Below, in pieces: positions 1 through 10,386 of a stretch of 64,000 nucleotides of DNA; the first letter of the stretch is position 1, and each line of letters begins with the position of its first letter. The stretch covers positions 97,921 to 161,920 of the forward strand of contig DASXVJ010000033.1 in the NCBI GenBank assembly GCA_036504335.1, read 5' to 3'. Source of the DNA: Thermoanaerobaculia bacterium (GTDB lineage: Bacteria > Acidobacteriota > Thermoanaerobaculia > UBA5066). Both the position numbers and the translations under genes were made by a program. The notes below the pieces were generated by a model, which was given only the letters and a program-made list of their open reading frames with translations, was not told where the DNA came from and ran no database searches.

Positions 1-491
1 GGGAGGACGGCGGCCTTTTTCTGCGAGAACGCGGCCGGCATCTGGGCCGGAACGGCGTGAGCCGCCCGCGCGTGGACGGGGTTCTCCGCGACCGTCACCT
101 CCGCAGGGAAGAACCAGTTCTCGAACGAGCAGGACGCGCCGTCGAGCGCGCCCGCCCTGACTTTCGCGACGAACTTGCCCGGTCTCGGGTACGCGTGCTC
201 GAGCCTCAGCGTGGTGGCGGTCATGATCCCCATGCGAATCGTCCGCGGACCCGTGTTCTCGACGGTGCCGTCGCCCCAGTCGACGGTCGCCGACGCGCTC
301 GCTTCGTTGAAGCCGCGTGCGGGCCGGAATCCGAGGGAGAAGGCGATCTTCTCCCGTGTCACCGGAGTCTGTCCCTGGTTGAGGAGGAAATTGACGAGCT
401 TGCACGTGTCGGCTGCAGCCGGACGCACCGTCGAGAGCCCACAGAGAACGGCGAGACCGCACGAGGCACGGGCCGATTGAACGAGTCGCAT
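1..491 (-). CDS. secreted PKD-like domain protein, partial (runs off window start)
   Basis: My own minus-strand translation from ATG 491 (GTG 494) gives MRLVQSARASCGLAVLCGLS..., a signal-like N-terminus, then ...ATVDWGDGTVENTG... (PKD-type WGDG motif). The frame is open to position 1. It is absent from the ORF track because there is no stop in the window. Confidence 0.45.
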   Translation of the reverse strand, partial: MRLVQSARASCGLAVLCGLSTVRPAAADTCKLVNFLLNQGQTPVTREKIAFSLGFRPARGFNEASASATVDWGDGTVENTGPRTIRMGIMTATTLRLEHAYPRPGKFVAKVRAGALDGASCSFENWFFPAEVTVAENPVHARAAHAVPAQMPAAFSQKKAAVL

Positions 492-577
492 CACGATTGC
501 CCCCTGTTTCGCCACGGATCCTCTCACGCCGCGGGAGGAATCCGGAGAAAGAGACTCCGTCGCCGAAACTCGCGGGT

Positions 578-2062
578 TCAGCGCGTCAGCCGGAACGTCC
601 GCGCAAACCCGTCCTTCGCATCGGTCACCGTGACCGTGATCGCGCCCTCGCTCCCGAGCGCGTAGGCCTCGGCGACCTCCGGGCCGCCTTCCCGTCGCAG
701 GACCGGTGCGGCTGCGAGGTCCGCGGCGCGCAGCGTCGGGTCGAACGGGAAGTAGGCCTCGTCCCACGGCGTGACGTCGCCGTCGGGCCGTCCGGCCGTG
801 AGGCGCGAGCACTCGAGAAACCGGAAGTGGCCGACGTCGTGCGCGGCGCGGTAACGGCGCGTCACGACGACGGGCGGCTCGCCGGGCGCCGGCAGCGGCG
901 TTCCCTTCTCGAAGATCGTGTCGAAGACGACGTCCTCGCCTCCGCCGCCCTCGCGGAAGACGCCGAAGTGCCGCGAGAGCCGGTCCTCGAGCGCATACCC
1001 GCCCTCGCGGTCCAGCCACACGGCAAGGCCCATCGCCGTCGCGGCGAACGGGTGCGGCGAGCGCTTGACGCGCTTGTCGCCGAAGCGCTCCTTCAGGAGG
1101 CGCGGCACGAGCGGCAGGAGGCCGGCGCCGCCGACGACGTAGAGCGACGCGACGTCCGCCCACGTGCCGCCGCCGCCCTCCTCCACGAGCGCGCCGACGG
1201 CCTCGAGCGTGCGCGCGACGAGCGGCACGCAGACCTCCCAGACCTCGTCGACGGGAAAGACGAGGGGCTCTTTCCCCAGCGCGGAGAGGTCCACGAGAAA
1301 CCGGCGCGAGTTCGGGGAGAGGGACTCCTTGGCCCGCACGCATTCCTCGAGGACGAGCGCCCGCTCGACGTCCGAGACGTCGTGCGCGTGGGCCTTCTCG
1401 AGGACGAGCGCGAGGATCGCCGCGTCGAAGTCGTCCCCGCCGAGGCGCTGTACGCCGTGCGTCGCGACGACCTCGTTCGTCTTTCCCGTCATGCGGAGCA
1501 GCGACGCGTCGAACGTGCCGCCGCCGAGGTCGTACACGACGAGGTGCTCGCGCCGCCCGTCGCGCCGGTTGCGGTGCGCGTACTCGAAGCCCGCCGCGGA
1601 CGGCTCGTTGAGGAGCGCCTCCACGGCGAAGCCGCCGCCCTTGAACGCCTCGAGCGTCAGGAAGCGCTGCGCCGTCGACGCGTTGGCGGGGACCGACACG
1701 GCCGCCGTGATGGAGTCGTTCGCGGCGATCCCCGCGTTCGAGCGCTCGACGAGCTCGCGGTGGAGCGCCGAGAAGAAGCCCTCGAGGAGGGCGGCGATCG
1801 GGAGGCGTCTCCGCCCCACGACGACCTCCGTGGACGGGCCCGCGTCGGAGAGGAGCCGCTTGACCGAGGGAAGGACCGTCCAGCCGGGCTCGTGCCTCAC
1901 CGCGGCCGCATCCCATCCCCAGCGCAGCGTGCCCGACGCGTCGTGCGCCGCGACGAGCGACGGCACGAAGTCGCCTCCCTCGAACGAGACCACCGGGTAG
2001 TTCCCGCGGTCCACGAGGGCGACGACCGTGTGCGTCGTTCCGAAGTCGATTCCGATCCTCAT
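578..2062 (-). CDS. Hsp70-family ATPase (DnaK-like, non-canonical)
   Basis: 494-aa ORF. The N-terminus MRIGIDFGTTHTVVA is the actin/Hsp70 phosphate-1 motif. DLGGGTFD is present, as is the later GGAGLLP motif. Confidence 0.8.
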   Translation of the reverse strand: MRIGIDFGTTHTVVALVDRGNYPVVSFEGGDFVPSLVAAHDASGTLRWGWDAAAVRHEPGWTVLPSVKRLLSDAGPSTEVVVGRRRLPIAALLEGFFSALHRELVERSNAGIAANDSITAAVSVPANASTAQRFLTLEAFKGGGFAVEALLNEPSAAGFEYAHRNRRDGRREHLVVYDLGGGTFDASLLRMTGKTNEVVATHGVQRLGGDDFDAAILALVLEKAHAHDVSDVERALVLEECVRAKESLSPNSRRFLVDLSALGKEPLVFPVDEVWEVCVPLVARTLEAVGALVEEGGGGTWADVASLYVVGGAGLLPLVPRLLKERFGDKRVKRSPHPFAATAMGLAVWLDREGGYALEDRLSRHFGVFREGGGGEDVVFDTIFEKGTPLPAPGEPPVVVTRRYRAAHDVGHFRFLECSRLTAGRPDGDVTPWDEAYFPFDPTLRAADLAAAPVLRREGGPEVAEAYALGSEGAITVTVTDAKDGFARTFRLTR

Positions 2063-2088
2063 GCGCGGAGTTTAGTTAACATCACCCG

Positions 2089-4197
2089 GTGAAACCTCTC
2101 CTCGCTCTCGCCCTCGCTGGCGCCGCCCTCTTCGCCTTCTCCGCATCCGCTCAGGCCCCGCGCGTCCCGATGCCGTCCGCGTCCGCGCAGATGATCGTCT
2201 CGGGCTCCAAGACGCCCGAAGACACGCTGGACGTGCCGGGCTCCGTCGAGGTCGTGACGGGCGAGGAGCTGCGCCGGACCGGCGCCCGGACGTTGCAGGA
2301 CGCCCTCCAGAACGTCGTGGGCGTCGAGGCCGGCGGCGGCTCGGACGGCGGCCCGCGCTTCCCGAACCTCGGAATGTGGGGATTGAAGGAGTTCGACGCG
2401 CTCCTCGTGACGGTCGACGGCGTCCCCGCGGGCGGGCCGTTCAACCCGAACCTCGCGCAGATCCCGATCGAGGACATCGAGCGCATCGAGATCGCCAAGG
2501 GGCCGCAGGGCACGCTTTACGGCGTCTCGGCGTTCGCGGGCATGGTGCAGGTCTTCACGCGGCGCGGGAAGAACACGAGCGTGACCCTCGGGCTCGGCTC
2601 CTGGAACGACAAGCACGCCTCCCTCGCCTGGGAGAAGCACGAGGGCAACTCGATCACGCACGTGGCCGGCTCGATGTTCCGCGACAACGGTTTTCAGGAC
2701 AACACCGGTTCATCTGTCGACAGGCTCGCAATAGGTTTTGGTCAGAAGACGCGCGAGGGCTCGTGGGACCTCACGCTGGGCGTCCTCCGGGACACGGCCT
2801 ACTGGGGCTCGCCGCTGCCGATCGAGGGCGGCCAGCTCGTGCCCGGCTTCGAGGTGGACCGGAACTACGCCGTCGGCGGCGGGCGCATGGACCACCGCGT
2901 CTACTCCCTGACGTCCACGGTGACGCGCAGGCTCTCCCCGCAGGTCTCGATGGAGAACACGCTCGGCCTCGCGCGCGACGAACAGATTGCCGTGCGCTCG
3001 TTCATCGACGGCGTGAACGGGAGCACGGCCACGGCGAACGGGACCTCGCTGCGCCCCGTCCAGACGACCTTCTTCGAGGACGCACGCGTCGTGACCACGG
3101 CCGGCACGCACCGCCTCGTCACGGGGATCGCCCTCACGTCCGGCAAGACCACGGTCGAAGGCACGGGCTTCGACCTCACGCTCTCGACCGGCGCGAACCC
3201 CGTCGTCCCGAACGTGGACTCGCTCCCCGTCGGCGATTACCGCTCCGCGGAGGATCAGCGGACGTTCTGGGGCTTCTACGCGAACGACACGTGGACGCCG
3301 TGGAAGTGGCTCGCCCTCACGTTCGGCGCGCGGTACGACCGGACGTCCGAGACGCTCTCGGCCGTCGTGAACGAAGTCGGCGGGCCCGGCCCCGAGGCGG
3401 GCTCGAGCGAGCGCACCGACGGCAACTGGTCGGGCGGCGTCTCGGCGCTCATCCGGATCGTCGACGGGAAGCCCAGGGGCTTTCTGAACACGCTCCACCT
3501 CTACGTCGCCGCGAAGAGCAACTTCAAGCCCGCAGCGCCGAACATCCTCGAGGCCGAGGCCACGAACATCCTCGAGCCGGAGCGCTCGCGCTCGGGAGAG
3601 GCCGGTCTCAAGTCCCGCCTCTTCGGCGGCAACGTGTCGCTCGACATGTCTCTCTTCCACATGTCGCTCGAGAACGTCGTCGTCTCGACGCTCGGGCCCG
3701 ACGGCCGGCCCGCTCTCACGAACGCGGGCGAGGAGCGCTTCCAGGGCTTCGAGGGCCAGGTCACGTGGGCGCCACCCTCGTGGAAGGGCTTCTCGCTCGG
3801 CGCCGGCTACGCGCACCACGACGCGACGTACGTGAGCTTCTCCTTCGTGACGCCCGACGGCGAGCTGCGCGTCGTGGACGGCAAGCGCGTCGAGCTCGTG
3901 CCCCGCGACCTCTGGAACGTCCGCCTCGCGTGGGCGCCGAAGTCGGGCCTCGGCTTCTGGGGCGCGGTGCGCCACCAGGGCATCCGCCCATACACGCGCC
4001 GCAACACGGCGTACGCGCCGGCGTTCTACGAGTGGGACGCGGGCGTCTCGTGGGAAAACGACTGGGTGCGATTCTCCTTCACGGGGCGCAACCTCGGCGA
4101 CGACCGCCACGTCGTGACCGAGAGCGAGCTCGGCGACGCGCAGTTCTACCTCGCGCCGAAGAGGCGCTACGTCGGGGAGATGACGCTGAGGTTCTGA
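2089..4197 (+). CDS. TonB-dependent outer-membrane receptor
   Basis: 702 aa. Signal peptide ending ASAQA. Plug-like region (VEVVTGEELRRTGARTLQDALQNVVGV, IEIAKGPQGTLYG). Long beta-rich body and terminal ...MTLRF aromatic residue. Confidence 0.85.
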   Translation: MKPLLALALAGAALFAFSASAQAPRVPMPSASAQMIVSGSKTPEDTLDVPGSVEVVTGEELRRTGARTLQDALQNVVGVEAGGGSDGGPRFPNLGMWGLKEFDALLVTVDGVPAGGPFNPNLAQIPIEDIERIEIAKGPQGTLYGVSAFAGMVQVFTRRGKNTSVTLGLGSWNDKHASLAWEKHEGNSITHVAGSMFRDNGFQDNTGSSVDRLAIGFGQKTREGSWDLTLGVLRDTAYWGSPLPIEGGQLVPGFEVDRNYAVGGGRMDHRVYSLTSTVTRRLSPQVSMENTLGLARDEQIAVRSFIDGVNGSTATANGTSLRPVQTTFFEDARVVTTAGTHRLVTGIALTSGKTTVEGTGFDLTLSTGANPVVPNVDSLPVGDYRSAEDQRTFWGFYANDTWTPWKWLALTFGARYDRTSETLSAVVNEVGGPGPEAGSSERTDGNWSGGVSALIRIVDGKPRGFLNTLHLYVAAKSNFKPAAPNILEAEATNILEPERSRSGEAGLKSRLFGGNVSLDMSLFHMSLENVVVSTLGPDGRPALTNAGEERFQGFEGQVTWAPPSWKGFSLGAGYAHHDATYVSFSFVTPDGELRVVDGKRVELVPRDLWNVRLAWAPKSGLGFWGAVRHQGIRPYTRRNTAYAPAFYEWDAGVSWENDWVRFSFTGRNLGDDRHVVTESELGDAQFYLAPKRRYVGEMTLRF

Positions 4198-4209
4198 GCC
4201 GAGGCGCGT

Positions 4210-6444
4210 CTACGCGCGGGCCGGCGGCTCGGGGAAGAGCCGCTCGAACTCGGGATCGCCGTGGATGAACGAGAGATCCGGGTCGCGGCGCGACCAGTCC
4301 GAGTCCCGAAAGCCCGCGTTCCAGGCCTTCCGCATCGCGTCGAGCGCCTGCGGCTTGTCCTTGAGGGCGCAGAAGACGCACGCCGCGTTGTAGAGGACCG
4401 TGGCCTCGTTCGGCCGCAGGGCGACCGCGAGGTTCGCCTCGCGGATCGCGTCCTCGGCCCGCCCCGACTCCGCGTAGTCGCTCGCGAGGAGGACGCGGGC
4501 GCGCGCGTCCTCCGGCACGGACCGGATGTGGTTCTCGAGCGCCTGGATCGAGCGCTGCCGGACGTTCTTCAACGCCTCGCTCTTGCCGAGCGCGCCGAGC
4601 GCGTTCTGGATTGGGACGAAGATGTTGTAGTCCTGCCCGCCCGCCTCCATCGCCTTCTCGGCCACGTCGGCGAGCTCCTGATAACGGCCCGCCGCGAAGA
4701 GGGTGCGCCCGAGGAGGTAGTAGGCACCCTCGCAGTCGCTCTTCCTCTCGATCGCCTGGCGCACCGTCTGCTCCGCGTCGTCGTACCGCCCGTCGGCGTA
4801 GAGGCTCCATGCGTGCGCGACGCCGGGCTCCGGGAGCTCGGGCCTCAGCGCGACGGCCTTGCGCGACGCCGCGCGCGCGCGCTCCAGCCAGACGGGATCG
4901 CGCCCGTAGCTGTAGTGCATCTGCGCGCAGACGTTGGCGATCGCGGCATGGGCGAGCGCGAAGTTCGGATCGAGCGTGACGGCGTTCTCGAACATCTGCA
5001 GCGCGAACTCGTTGTCCTGGCGCGTCAGGCGGCGCGCGTAGCTCTTCCCGCGGAGGTACAGGTCGTACGCCTGCAGGTTCTCGGTCGGCTTGGCCGCGAG
5101 CGCCGCTTCTTCCTGCGGCGAGAGCGTCACGCGGAGGGCCTCCGCGATCTTCCGCGCGATCTCGTCCTGAAGCTCGAAGACGTCCTCCATCTGGCGGTCG
5201 TAGCGGTCGGACCAGAGCGGGAAGTCCGTCTTCGTGTCGACGAGCTGCGCGTTGATCCTGAGGCGCGTGCCGGCGCGGCGCAGGCTCCCCGCGAGCACGT
5301 ACGCCGCGTTGAGCTGCTGGCCGATCTGCGCGGGCGTGACCGGCTTGTCGCGGTACGCGAGGACCGTCGGGCGCGAGAAGATGTTCAGACCCTTGATCTT
5401 GGAGAGCTCCGTGATGATGTCCTCGGTTATCCCGTCCCGGAAGTACTCGTCCTCCTTCACGCCCGAGAGGTTCTCGAAGTAGAGGACGGCGATGGACTTC
5501 TCGACCTGCTTCGTCCCGCCGCCGCGCGAGTCGCTCTTCTCGGCCGCGCGCTTCTTCCCCGAGTCCTGGTCGCGCTTCAGGCGCGAGAGGTCCGTCTTGA
5601 GGTCCGTCGCGGTCTGGTAGCGGAGGTTCCGGTCCTTCTCGAGCGCCTTGTCGAGGATGCGGGAGAGTTCGGGCGGCAGCGCGGGGTTTGCCTGCGCGGC
5701 CGGGAGCGGATCCCGGTTCAGGATGGCGTCGAAGACCACCGCCGACGTCTCGCCCGGGAACGGCAGCGCGCCGGTCGCCATCTCGTAGAGGACCGTGCCG
5801 AGCGAGAACAGGTCCGTGCGCGCGTCCGCGAGCTGCCCGCGCGCCTGCTCCGGAGACATGTACGACACCGTGCCCATCGCGGTCCCGGGCGTCGTGAGGT
5901 CGCCGACCGTCTCGAGGCGGGAGACGGCGCCGTCGTTCCCGCGCCGCCCGCCTTCGATCCGGGCGAGGCCGAAGTCGAGGATCTTCACCTGCCCGCGGGC
6001 GTTCACGAAGACGTTCGCGGGCTTGACGTCGCGGTGCACGATGCCGCGCGCGTGGGCCGACTCGAGCGCGTCCGCGATCTGGATCCCGATCGCGAGCACG
6101 CCCTCGAGGTCGAACGGCGGGCGCGCCGCCATCATCTGGGCGAGCGTCTGCCCTTCGAGGCACTCCATCACGATGAAGTGCTGCCCCTCGTGCTCCTCGA
6201 TGGCGTACACGGTGCAGATGCCCGGGTGGTTCAGCGCCGAGGCGGCGCGCGCCTCGCGCTGGAACCGCTCGAGCGACGCGCCGTCGCGGGCGAGCTCCGG
6301 CGGAAGGAACTTGAGGGCGACGTGGCGGCCGAGCCTGGAGTCCTCGGCCTCGTACACGACGCCCATCCCGCCGCTGCCGAGTCGGCGCACCACGGAGTAG
6401 TGGGACACACTTTTCCCGATCAGCGGATCAACGTCATCGGTCAT
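4210..6444 (-). CDS. Ser/Thr protein kinase with TolB-like and TPR C-terminal region
   Basis: 744 aa. Hanks kinase motifs are present: GSGGMGVVY, VALK, HRDVKPANV, DFGLA, SPEQ. The C-terminal half carries TPR-like repeats. Confidence 0.9.
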   Translation of the reverse strand: MTDDVDPLIGKSVSHYSVVRRLGSGGMGVVYEAEDSRLGRHVALKFLPPELARDGASLERFQREARAASALNHPGICTVYAIEEHEGQHFIVMECLEGQTLAQMMAARPPFDLEGVLAIGIQIADALESAHARGIVHRDVKPANVFVNARGQVKILDFGLARIEGGRRGNDGAVSRLETVGDLTTPGTAMGTVSYMSPEQARGQLADARTDLFSLGTVLYEMATGALPFPGETSAVVFDAILNRDPLPAAQANPALPPELSRILDKALEKDRNLRYQTATDLKTDLSRLKRDQDSGKKRAAEKSDSRGGGTKQVEKSIAVLYFENLSGVKEDEYFRDGITEDIITELSKIKGLNIFSRPTVLAYRDKPVTPAQIGQQLNAAYVLAGSLRRAGTRLRINAQLVDTKTDFPLWSDRYDRQMEDVFELQDEIARKIAEALRVTLSPQEEAALAAKPTENLQAYDLYLRGKSYARRLTRQDNEFALQMFENAVTLDPNFALAHAAIANVCAQMHYSYGRDPVWLERARAASRKAVALRPELPEPGVAHAWSLYADGRYDDAEQTVRQAIERKSDCEGAYYLLGRTLFAAGRYQELADVAEKAMEAGGQDYNIFVPIQNALGALGKSEALKNVRQRSIQALENHIRSVPEDARARVLLASDYAESGRAEDAIREANLAVALRPNEATVLYNAACVFCALKDKPQALDAMRKAWNAGFRDSDWSRRDPDLSFIHGDPEFERLFPEPPARA

Positions 6445-6489
6445 TCGCGACTGAGACTACCTCAAAGAGTCCGGACTCCGCGGCCGAGA

Positions 6490-7281
6490 TCAGGGTGAAG
6501 CCCGGCGACGGCGTGCGGCCAGGACGAGAAGCGAGACGCCGTACGCGATCAGCCCCGCAGCGACGAGCGCGAAGAAGACCGGCCCGCCCCCGCCGGTCTG
6601 GACCGTGCGGAGCGCGCGGCCGGTGCCGCCGAGCTCGCGCGGATTCGCGTGGAATCCCGCCAGGAACACGGAGTATCCGATGACGGCGACGACCGCCCCG
6701 TGCGCGAAGACGCCCACGCGCGCGAGCCCGGACGCCCATCTCTGCGGCGCGCGGGGGAGGATCGCGGCGGTGAAGTCGGCCGGCAGCTTGCCGAGGAGCG
6801 CCCGGACGGCCTGCACGCCCCCGGCGACGGCGGCGATCGCGCCTCCGAGCTCGAGCGCGACGCGACCCCCGGTGTGAGAGAGGACGCTCGCGCCCAGGTC
6901 GCGCAGCCCCGCCTCGCCGCCCCCCGAACCGAAATGCAGGAGCACGCGCAACGCAGTGACCACGAGGACGAGCCCGCCGATCGCGCTCCCGGCGTAGCCC
7001 GCGAGGAGGATCGGCCGGCGCGTCCGCACGCACTGTGTGACGCGGAAGAGCACGAACGCGAAGAGACCCGCCGCCACGACCCAGAGGACGAGCCGCCCGC
7101 CCGGTCCCGTGAGGATCTTCGTGAGCGCGCCGCCCGGTCCTGTCGCGCGGCCCCTCTGGAGAATCGCGACGCGCGCGGCGATGCCGCCGATCAGGAGGTA
7201 GACGATCCCGCGCGCGAGGAAGCCGAACGCGGCGAGCCGCTCGGGGATGACGCCTTCGGCGCTCCTCGCTTCAGGGGACAC
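6490..7281 (-). CDS. DUF1206-like integral membrane protein
   Basis: 263 aa with repeated pairs of hydrophobic helices. The family assignment comes from my memory of the sequence pattern only. Confidence 0.5.
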   Translation of the reverse strand: MSPEARSAEGVIPERLAAFGFLARGIVYLLIGGIAARVAILQRGRATGPGGALTKILTGPGGRLVLWVVAAGLFAFVLFRVTQCVRTRRPILLAGYAGSAIGGLVLVVTALRVLLHFGSGGGEAGLRDLGASVLSHTGGRVALELGGAIAAVAGGVQAVRALLGKLPADFTAAILPRAPQRWASGLARVGVFAHGAVVAVIGYSVFLAGFHANPRELGGTGRALRTVQTGGGGPVFFALVAAGLIAYGVSLLVLAARRRRASP

Positions 7282-7287
7282 GCGCCC

Positions 7288-7743
7288 TCAGCGCGCCGGC
7301 TTCGCGAGCTCGACGCCCGAGGCGAGGAAGGAAAGCTCCTTCTGGTCGCCCTTGATGTCGCCCGGCCTGCCGCCCGGCGTCTCCTCGGCGTAGTGCTTCG
7401 CGGTCGCCTCGGGAACCGTCTTCACGATGAAGACGCCCTCGAGCACGGCGGTGGCGCCGGCGGAGTCCTTCGGCACGAAGAACGCGTAGTCCTTGAACCG
7501 CACGCGGACCGACTGGTCGCCGGCCTTGAGGACCATCCAGCAGCCCTTTTCCTGGCAGACGGAGGAGACGGTTCCTTCCGTCTTCACGGTCTTTCCGGAG
7601 AACGCGGCGGGATCCTTGACGAGGTCCGCGAGCGCGACCTTCGGCGAGTCTCCGAGCGGCGCGCCGAACTTGCCGGCGCCGGCGAGGACGGTCAGGGGAA
7701 GGAGCAGGAGGACGGCGAGGAGGGCGAGTGTGTTGCGTTTCAT
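7288..7743 (-). CDS. DUF4920-like secreted protein
   Basis: 151 aa. It has a signal peptide and a CQEKGCWMVL motif that is characteristic of DUF4920 as I recall it. Confidence 0.55.
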   Translation of the reverse strand: MKRNTLALLAVLLLLPLTVLAGAGKFGAPLGDSPKVALADLVKDPAAFSGKTVKTEGTVSSVCQEKGCWMVLKAGDQSVRVRFKDYAFFVPKDSAGATAVLEGVFIVKTVPEATAKHYAEETPGGRPGDIKGDQKELSFLASGVELAKPAR

Positions 7744-7800
7744 GGGGAATGAATCTTAACGGAGGCGCGTTAGGATGGACGTTCGAGAGGAGATCTCAAG

Positions 7801-8523
7801 ATGCCCACCGAGCTCCCGCCGCGCCCGTTCGACTCGCCGAGCCCGATCAGCTCCTCGGCGTCGGTCGCGATTCCCTCGTTCCTCGCCCGTGTCTACGTCT
7901 GGATGGCCGCGGGGCTCCTCGTCACCGCGGGCGCCGCATTCGCCACGCTGTCGAACGAGAGCCTCCTGAAGTTCGTCTTCGGAAACCGCATGGTGTTCTT
8001 CGGCCTCATGATCGGCGAGCTCGCGCTCGTCGCGTGGCTCTCCGGACTCGTCGGCCGCCTCTCGTCCGGCGCGGCCGGCGCCGTGTTCCTCTTCTACTCG
8101 GCCCTCAACGGCCTGACGCTCTCCGCCGTCTTCCTCGCCTACACGTCCGCGTCCATCGTCTCGACGTTCGTCGTGACGGCCGGAATGTTCGGCGCGATGA
8201 GCGTCTACGGCCTCGTCACGAAGCGCTCGCTCGACGGCCTCGGGTCGTTCGCGTTCATGGGCCTCATCGGCGTCATCCTCGCGTCCGTCGTGAACATCTT
8301 CCTGAGGAACGACATGCTCGGGTTCGTCGTGAGCTGCGTCGGCGTCATCGTGTTCACGGCGCTCACGGCCTACGACACGCGGAAGCTGAAGACGATGGCG
8401 GCCACCGTGGACGGCCGGTCCGAGGAGGGCAAGCGCGGCGCGGTCTCGGGCGCCCTCGCCCTCTACCTCGACTTCATCAACCTCTTCCTCATGCTGCTCC
8501 GCCTCTTCGGCAACAGGCGGTAG
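7801..8523 (+). CDS. Bax inhibitor-1/YccA family membrane protein
   Basis: 240 aa with about 7 TM helices. N-terminal FLARVYVWMAAGL and C-terminal LYLDFINLFLMLLRLFG are typical of the BI-1 family. Confidence 0.8.
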   Translation: MPTELPPRPFDSPSPISSSASVAIPSFLARVYVWMAAGLLVTAGAAFATLSNESLLKFVFGNRMVFFGLMIGELALVAWLSGLVGRLSSGAAGAVFLFYSALNGLTLSAVFLAYTSASIVSTFVVTAGMFGAMSVYGLVTKRSLDGLGSFAFMGLIGVILASVVNIFLRNDMLGFVVSCVGVIVFTALTAYDTRKLKTMAATVDGRSEEGKRGAVSGALALYLDFINLFLMLLRLFGNRR

Positions 8524-8569
8524 GCCCATCGGCTCTCCCGCGGGCTTCGACGCGTTTCTCGCCTGGGCC

Positions 8570-8806
8570 GTGTCGGTGGTGGGCATCGCCACCGGCGCGG
8601 CCTACGTGCCGCAGGCCCTGCGCATCTGGAAGAGACGGAGCTCCGAGGACGTCTCGATCACGACGTATCTCCTCTTCCTCGGCGGCCAGCTCGTCTATCT
8701 CCTCTACGGGATCCGCTTCCACCAGACGCCGATCGTGATCGGCATGGCCGCGAACATCGCCGGGAGCCTCGCCGTCATCGGGTCGGCCCTGAAGTTCCGG
8801 AAGTGA
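8570..8806 (+). CDS. SemiSWEET / PQ-loop small transporter-like protein
   Basis: 78 aa with three hydrophobic helices and a PQ motif (YVPQALRIW). The start is uncertain (GTG 8570). Confidence 0.55.
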   Translation: MSVVGIATGAAYVPQALRIWKRRSSEDVSITTYLLFLGGQLVYLLYGIRFHQTPIVIGMAANIAGSLAVIGSALKFRK

Positions 8807-9534
8807 GACCTCTTCCGTCGCCGCGCGGCGCCGAGGCGTACCTCGCGATCGACAAGCCGGCCGGCGTCGCGGTCCACGGGCCGTACGGCCTCATCGGGCC
8901 GCTGCGCAAGGAGTTCGGCGACAACCTCGCCCTCGTTCACCGCCTCGACAAGGAAACCTCCGGCGTCCTGCTCCTCGCGAAGACGCCCGAGGCGCTGCGC
9001 GCCGCACAGGCCGCCTGGCCGACCTCGGTCACGAAAACGTACCGCGCCGTGACGCGCGGCGTGCCGTCGCCGCCCGAAGGCGTCGTGACGGAGAAGCTCC
9101 TCGAGCACCGCACGGGAAAGCCCGAGCTCCTGAAGCGCGCGCTCAAGGCGGCCTACGGGCCCTCGCGGGCGGGACACCTTCTCTCGGGCCGGCGCGTCCT
9201 CGCGATCCCGGCGATCCCGCCGCCCGGCCGGACCGCCGTGCACCCCGCCGGACGCGAGGCGCGAACGGCGTACCGCGTGCTCGAGAACCGTGGCGCGACG
9301 GCGCTCGTCGAGCTGACGCCGGAGACCGGCCGGATGCACCAGCTGCGCGTCCACCTCGCCCACCTCGGGACGCCGCTCCTCGGCGACCCGCTCTACGACC
9401 TGGCACGGACGCCCGACACGCCTGCGCCCGTCCTCCACGCCGCGCGCCTCGCCTGGGCCGATCCGCCGGGCGCGCCCGGCGCCGTCTGGGCGTGGGAGGC
9501 GCCGCCCCCCGCGGCCACGCGAGTTGGGCCATGA
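8803..9534 (+). CDS. RluA-family pseudouridine synthase
   Basis: 243 aa. Contains DKPAGVAVHG, the HRLDKETSGVLLLAK catalytic Asp motif and HQLRVH. Confidence 0.78.
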   Translation: MRPLPSPRGAEAYLAIDKPAGVAVHGPYGLIGPLRKEFGDNLALVHRLDKETSGVLLLAKTPEALRAAQAAWPTSVTKTYRAVTRGVPSPPEGVVTEKLLEHRTGKPELLKRALKAAYGPSRAGHLLSGRRVLAIPAIPPPGRTAVHPAGREARTAYRVLENRGATALVELTPETGRMHQLRVHLAHLGTPLLGDPLYDLARTPDTPAPVLHAARLAWADPPGAPGAVWAWEAPPPAATRVGP

Positions 9535-10360
9535 TCCCGGCGTGACCGACTCCCCTCTCCCCCTCGACGCCCTCGGCCCCGTCTTCGAGCTCTGCGCGGA
9601 GCGCCCGCTCGCCGTGTTCGACCTCGAGACGACGGGCACGGACCGCCTCTCGGACCGGATCGTCGAGGTCGCGGTCGTGCGTTTCGGCAAGGGCGGCCAG
9701 GTCGCGACGCTGGACCGGCGCGTGAACCCCGGCGTGAAGATTCCGCGCGAGTCCACGCGCGTGCACGGCATCTCCGACGCGGACGTCGCGGAGTGCCCCG
9801 CGTTCGCGGCGCTCGCGCCGGAGCTCGTGGCGTTCCTCGACGGCTGCGACCTCGCGGGCTACAACGTCCGCCAGTTCGACGTCCCGGTTCTCCTGCGCGA
9901 GTTCGAGCTCGCGAAGGTCCCGTTCTCGATGGACGGGCGGCGCGTCGTCGACATGCAGACGATCTACTTCCGGCGCGAGCCGCGCGACCTCGCCGCGGCC
10001 GTGCGCTTCTTCGCCGGGCGCGAGCACGTCGCGGCCCACGCGGCGCTCGCCGACGCGGTCGCTTCGGCCGAGGTCCTCGCCGGGCAGCTCCGGCGCTACG
10101 CGGACCTCCCGCGCGACGTCGCGGCGCTCCACGATCTCTCGCGGCCGCCCGAGGGCCGCTACGTCGACCCCGACAAGCGCTTCCTCTGGCGCGACGGCGA
10201 GGTCGTGTTCGCGTTCGGGCAGCACCGCGGGACGCGGCTCGCGGACGTCGCCGAGAAGAACCCGTCGTACCTCGACTGGATCGTCGACGGGAACTTCCCC
10301 GACGAGGCCAAGCGCATCGCGCGCGACGCGCAGCGCGGCGTCATCCCGCGCCGGGATTGA
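9524..10360 (+). CDS. DEDDh 3-prime to 5-prime exonuclease (DnaQ-like) with DUF3820-like C-terminus
   Basis: 278 aa. Contains the FDLETTG ExoI motif, AGYNVRQFDVP, and a HAALADA ExoIII-like motif. The C-terminal region reads NPSYLDWIV. Confidence 0.8.
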   Translation: MGHDPGVTDSPLPLDALGPVFELCAERPLAVFDLETTGTDRLSDRIVEVAVVRFGKGGQVATLDRRVNPGVKIPRESTRVHGISDADVAECPAFAALAPELVAFLDGCDLAGYNVRQFDVPVLLREFELAKVPFSMDGRRVVDMQTIYFRREPRDLAAAVRFFAGREHVAAHAALADAVASAEVLAGQLRRYADLPRDVAALHDLSRPPEGRYVDPDKRFLWRDGEVVFAFGQHRGTRLADVAEKNPSYLDWIVDGNFPDEAKRIARDAQRGVIPRRD

Positions 10361-10386
10361 GTGCCCCCATCCCCTCCCGCGGCCTC

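Noticed and set aside
335-355. Inverted repeat GGGAGAAG-GCGAT-CTTCTCCC
   Set aside because: It lies inside the coding frame of the partial PKD-like gene (..REKIAFSL..) and is plausibly incidental. It is not positioned to act as a terminator.
497-2092. 531-aa plus-strand ORF
   Set aside because: It is antisense to the Hsp70-like gene and has low-complexity R/E/D/A composition.
4261-6498. 745-aa plus-strand ORF
   Set aside because: It is antisense to the Ser/Thr kinase gene, which carries unmistakable Hanks motifs. It is an Arg-rich shadow ORF.
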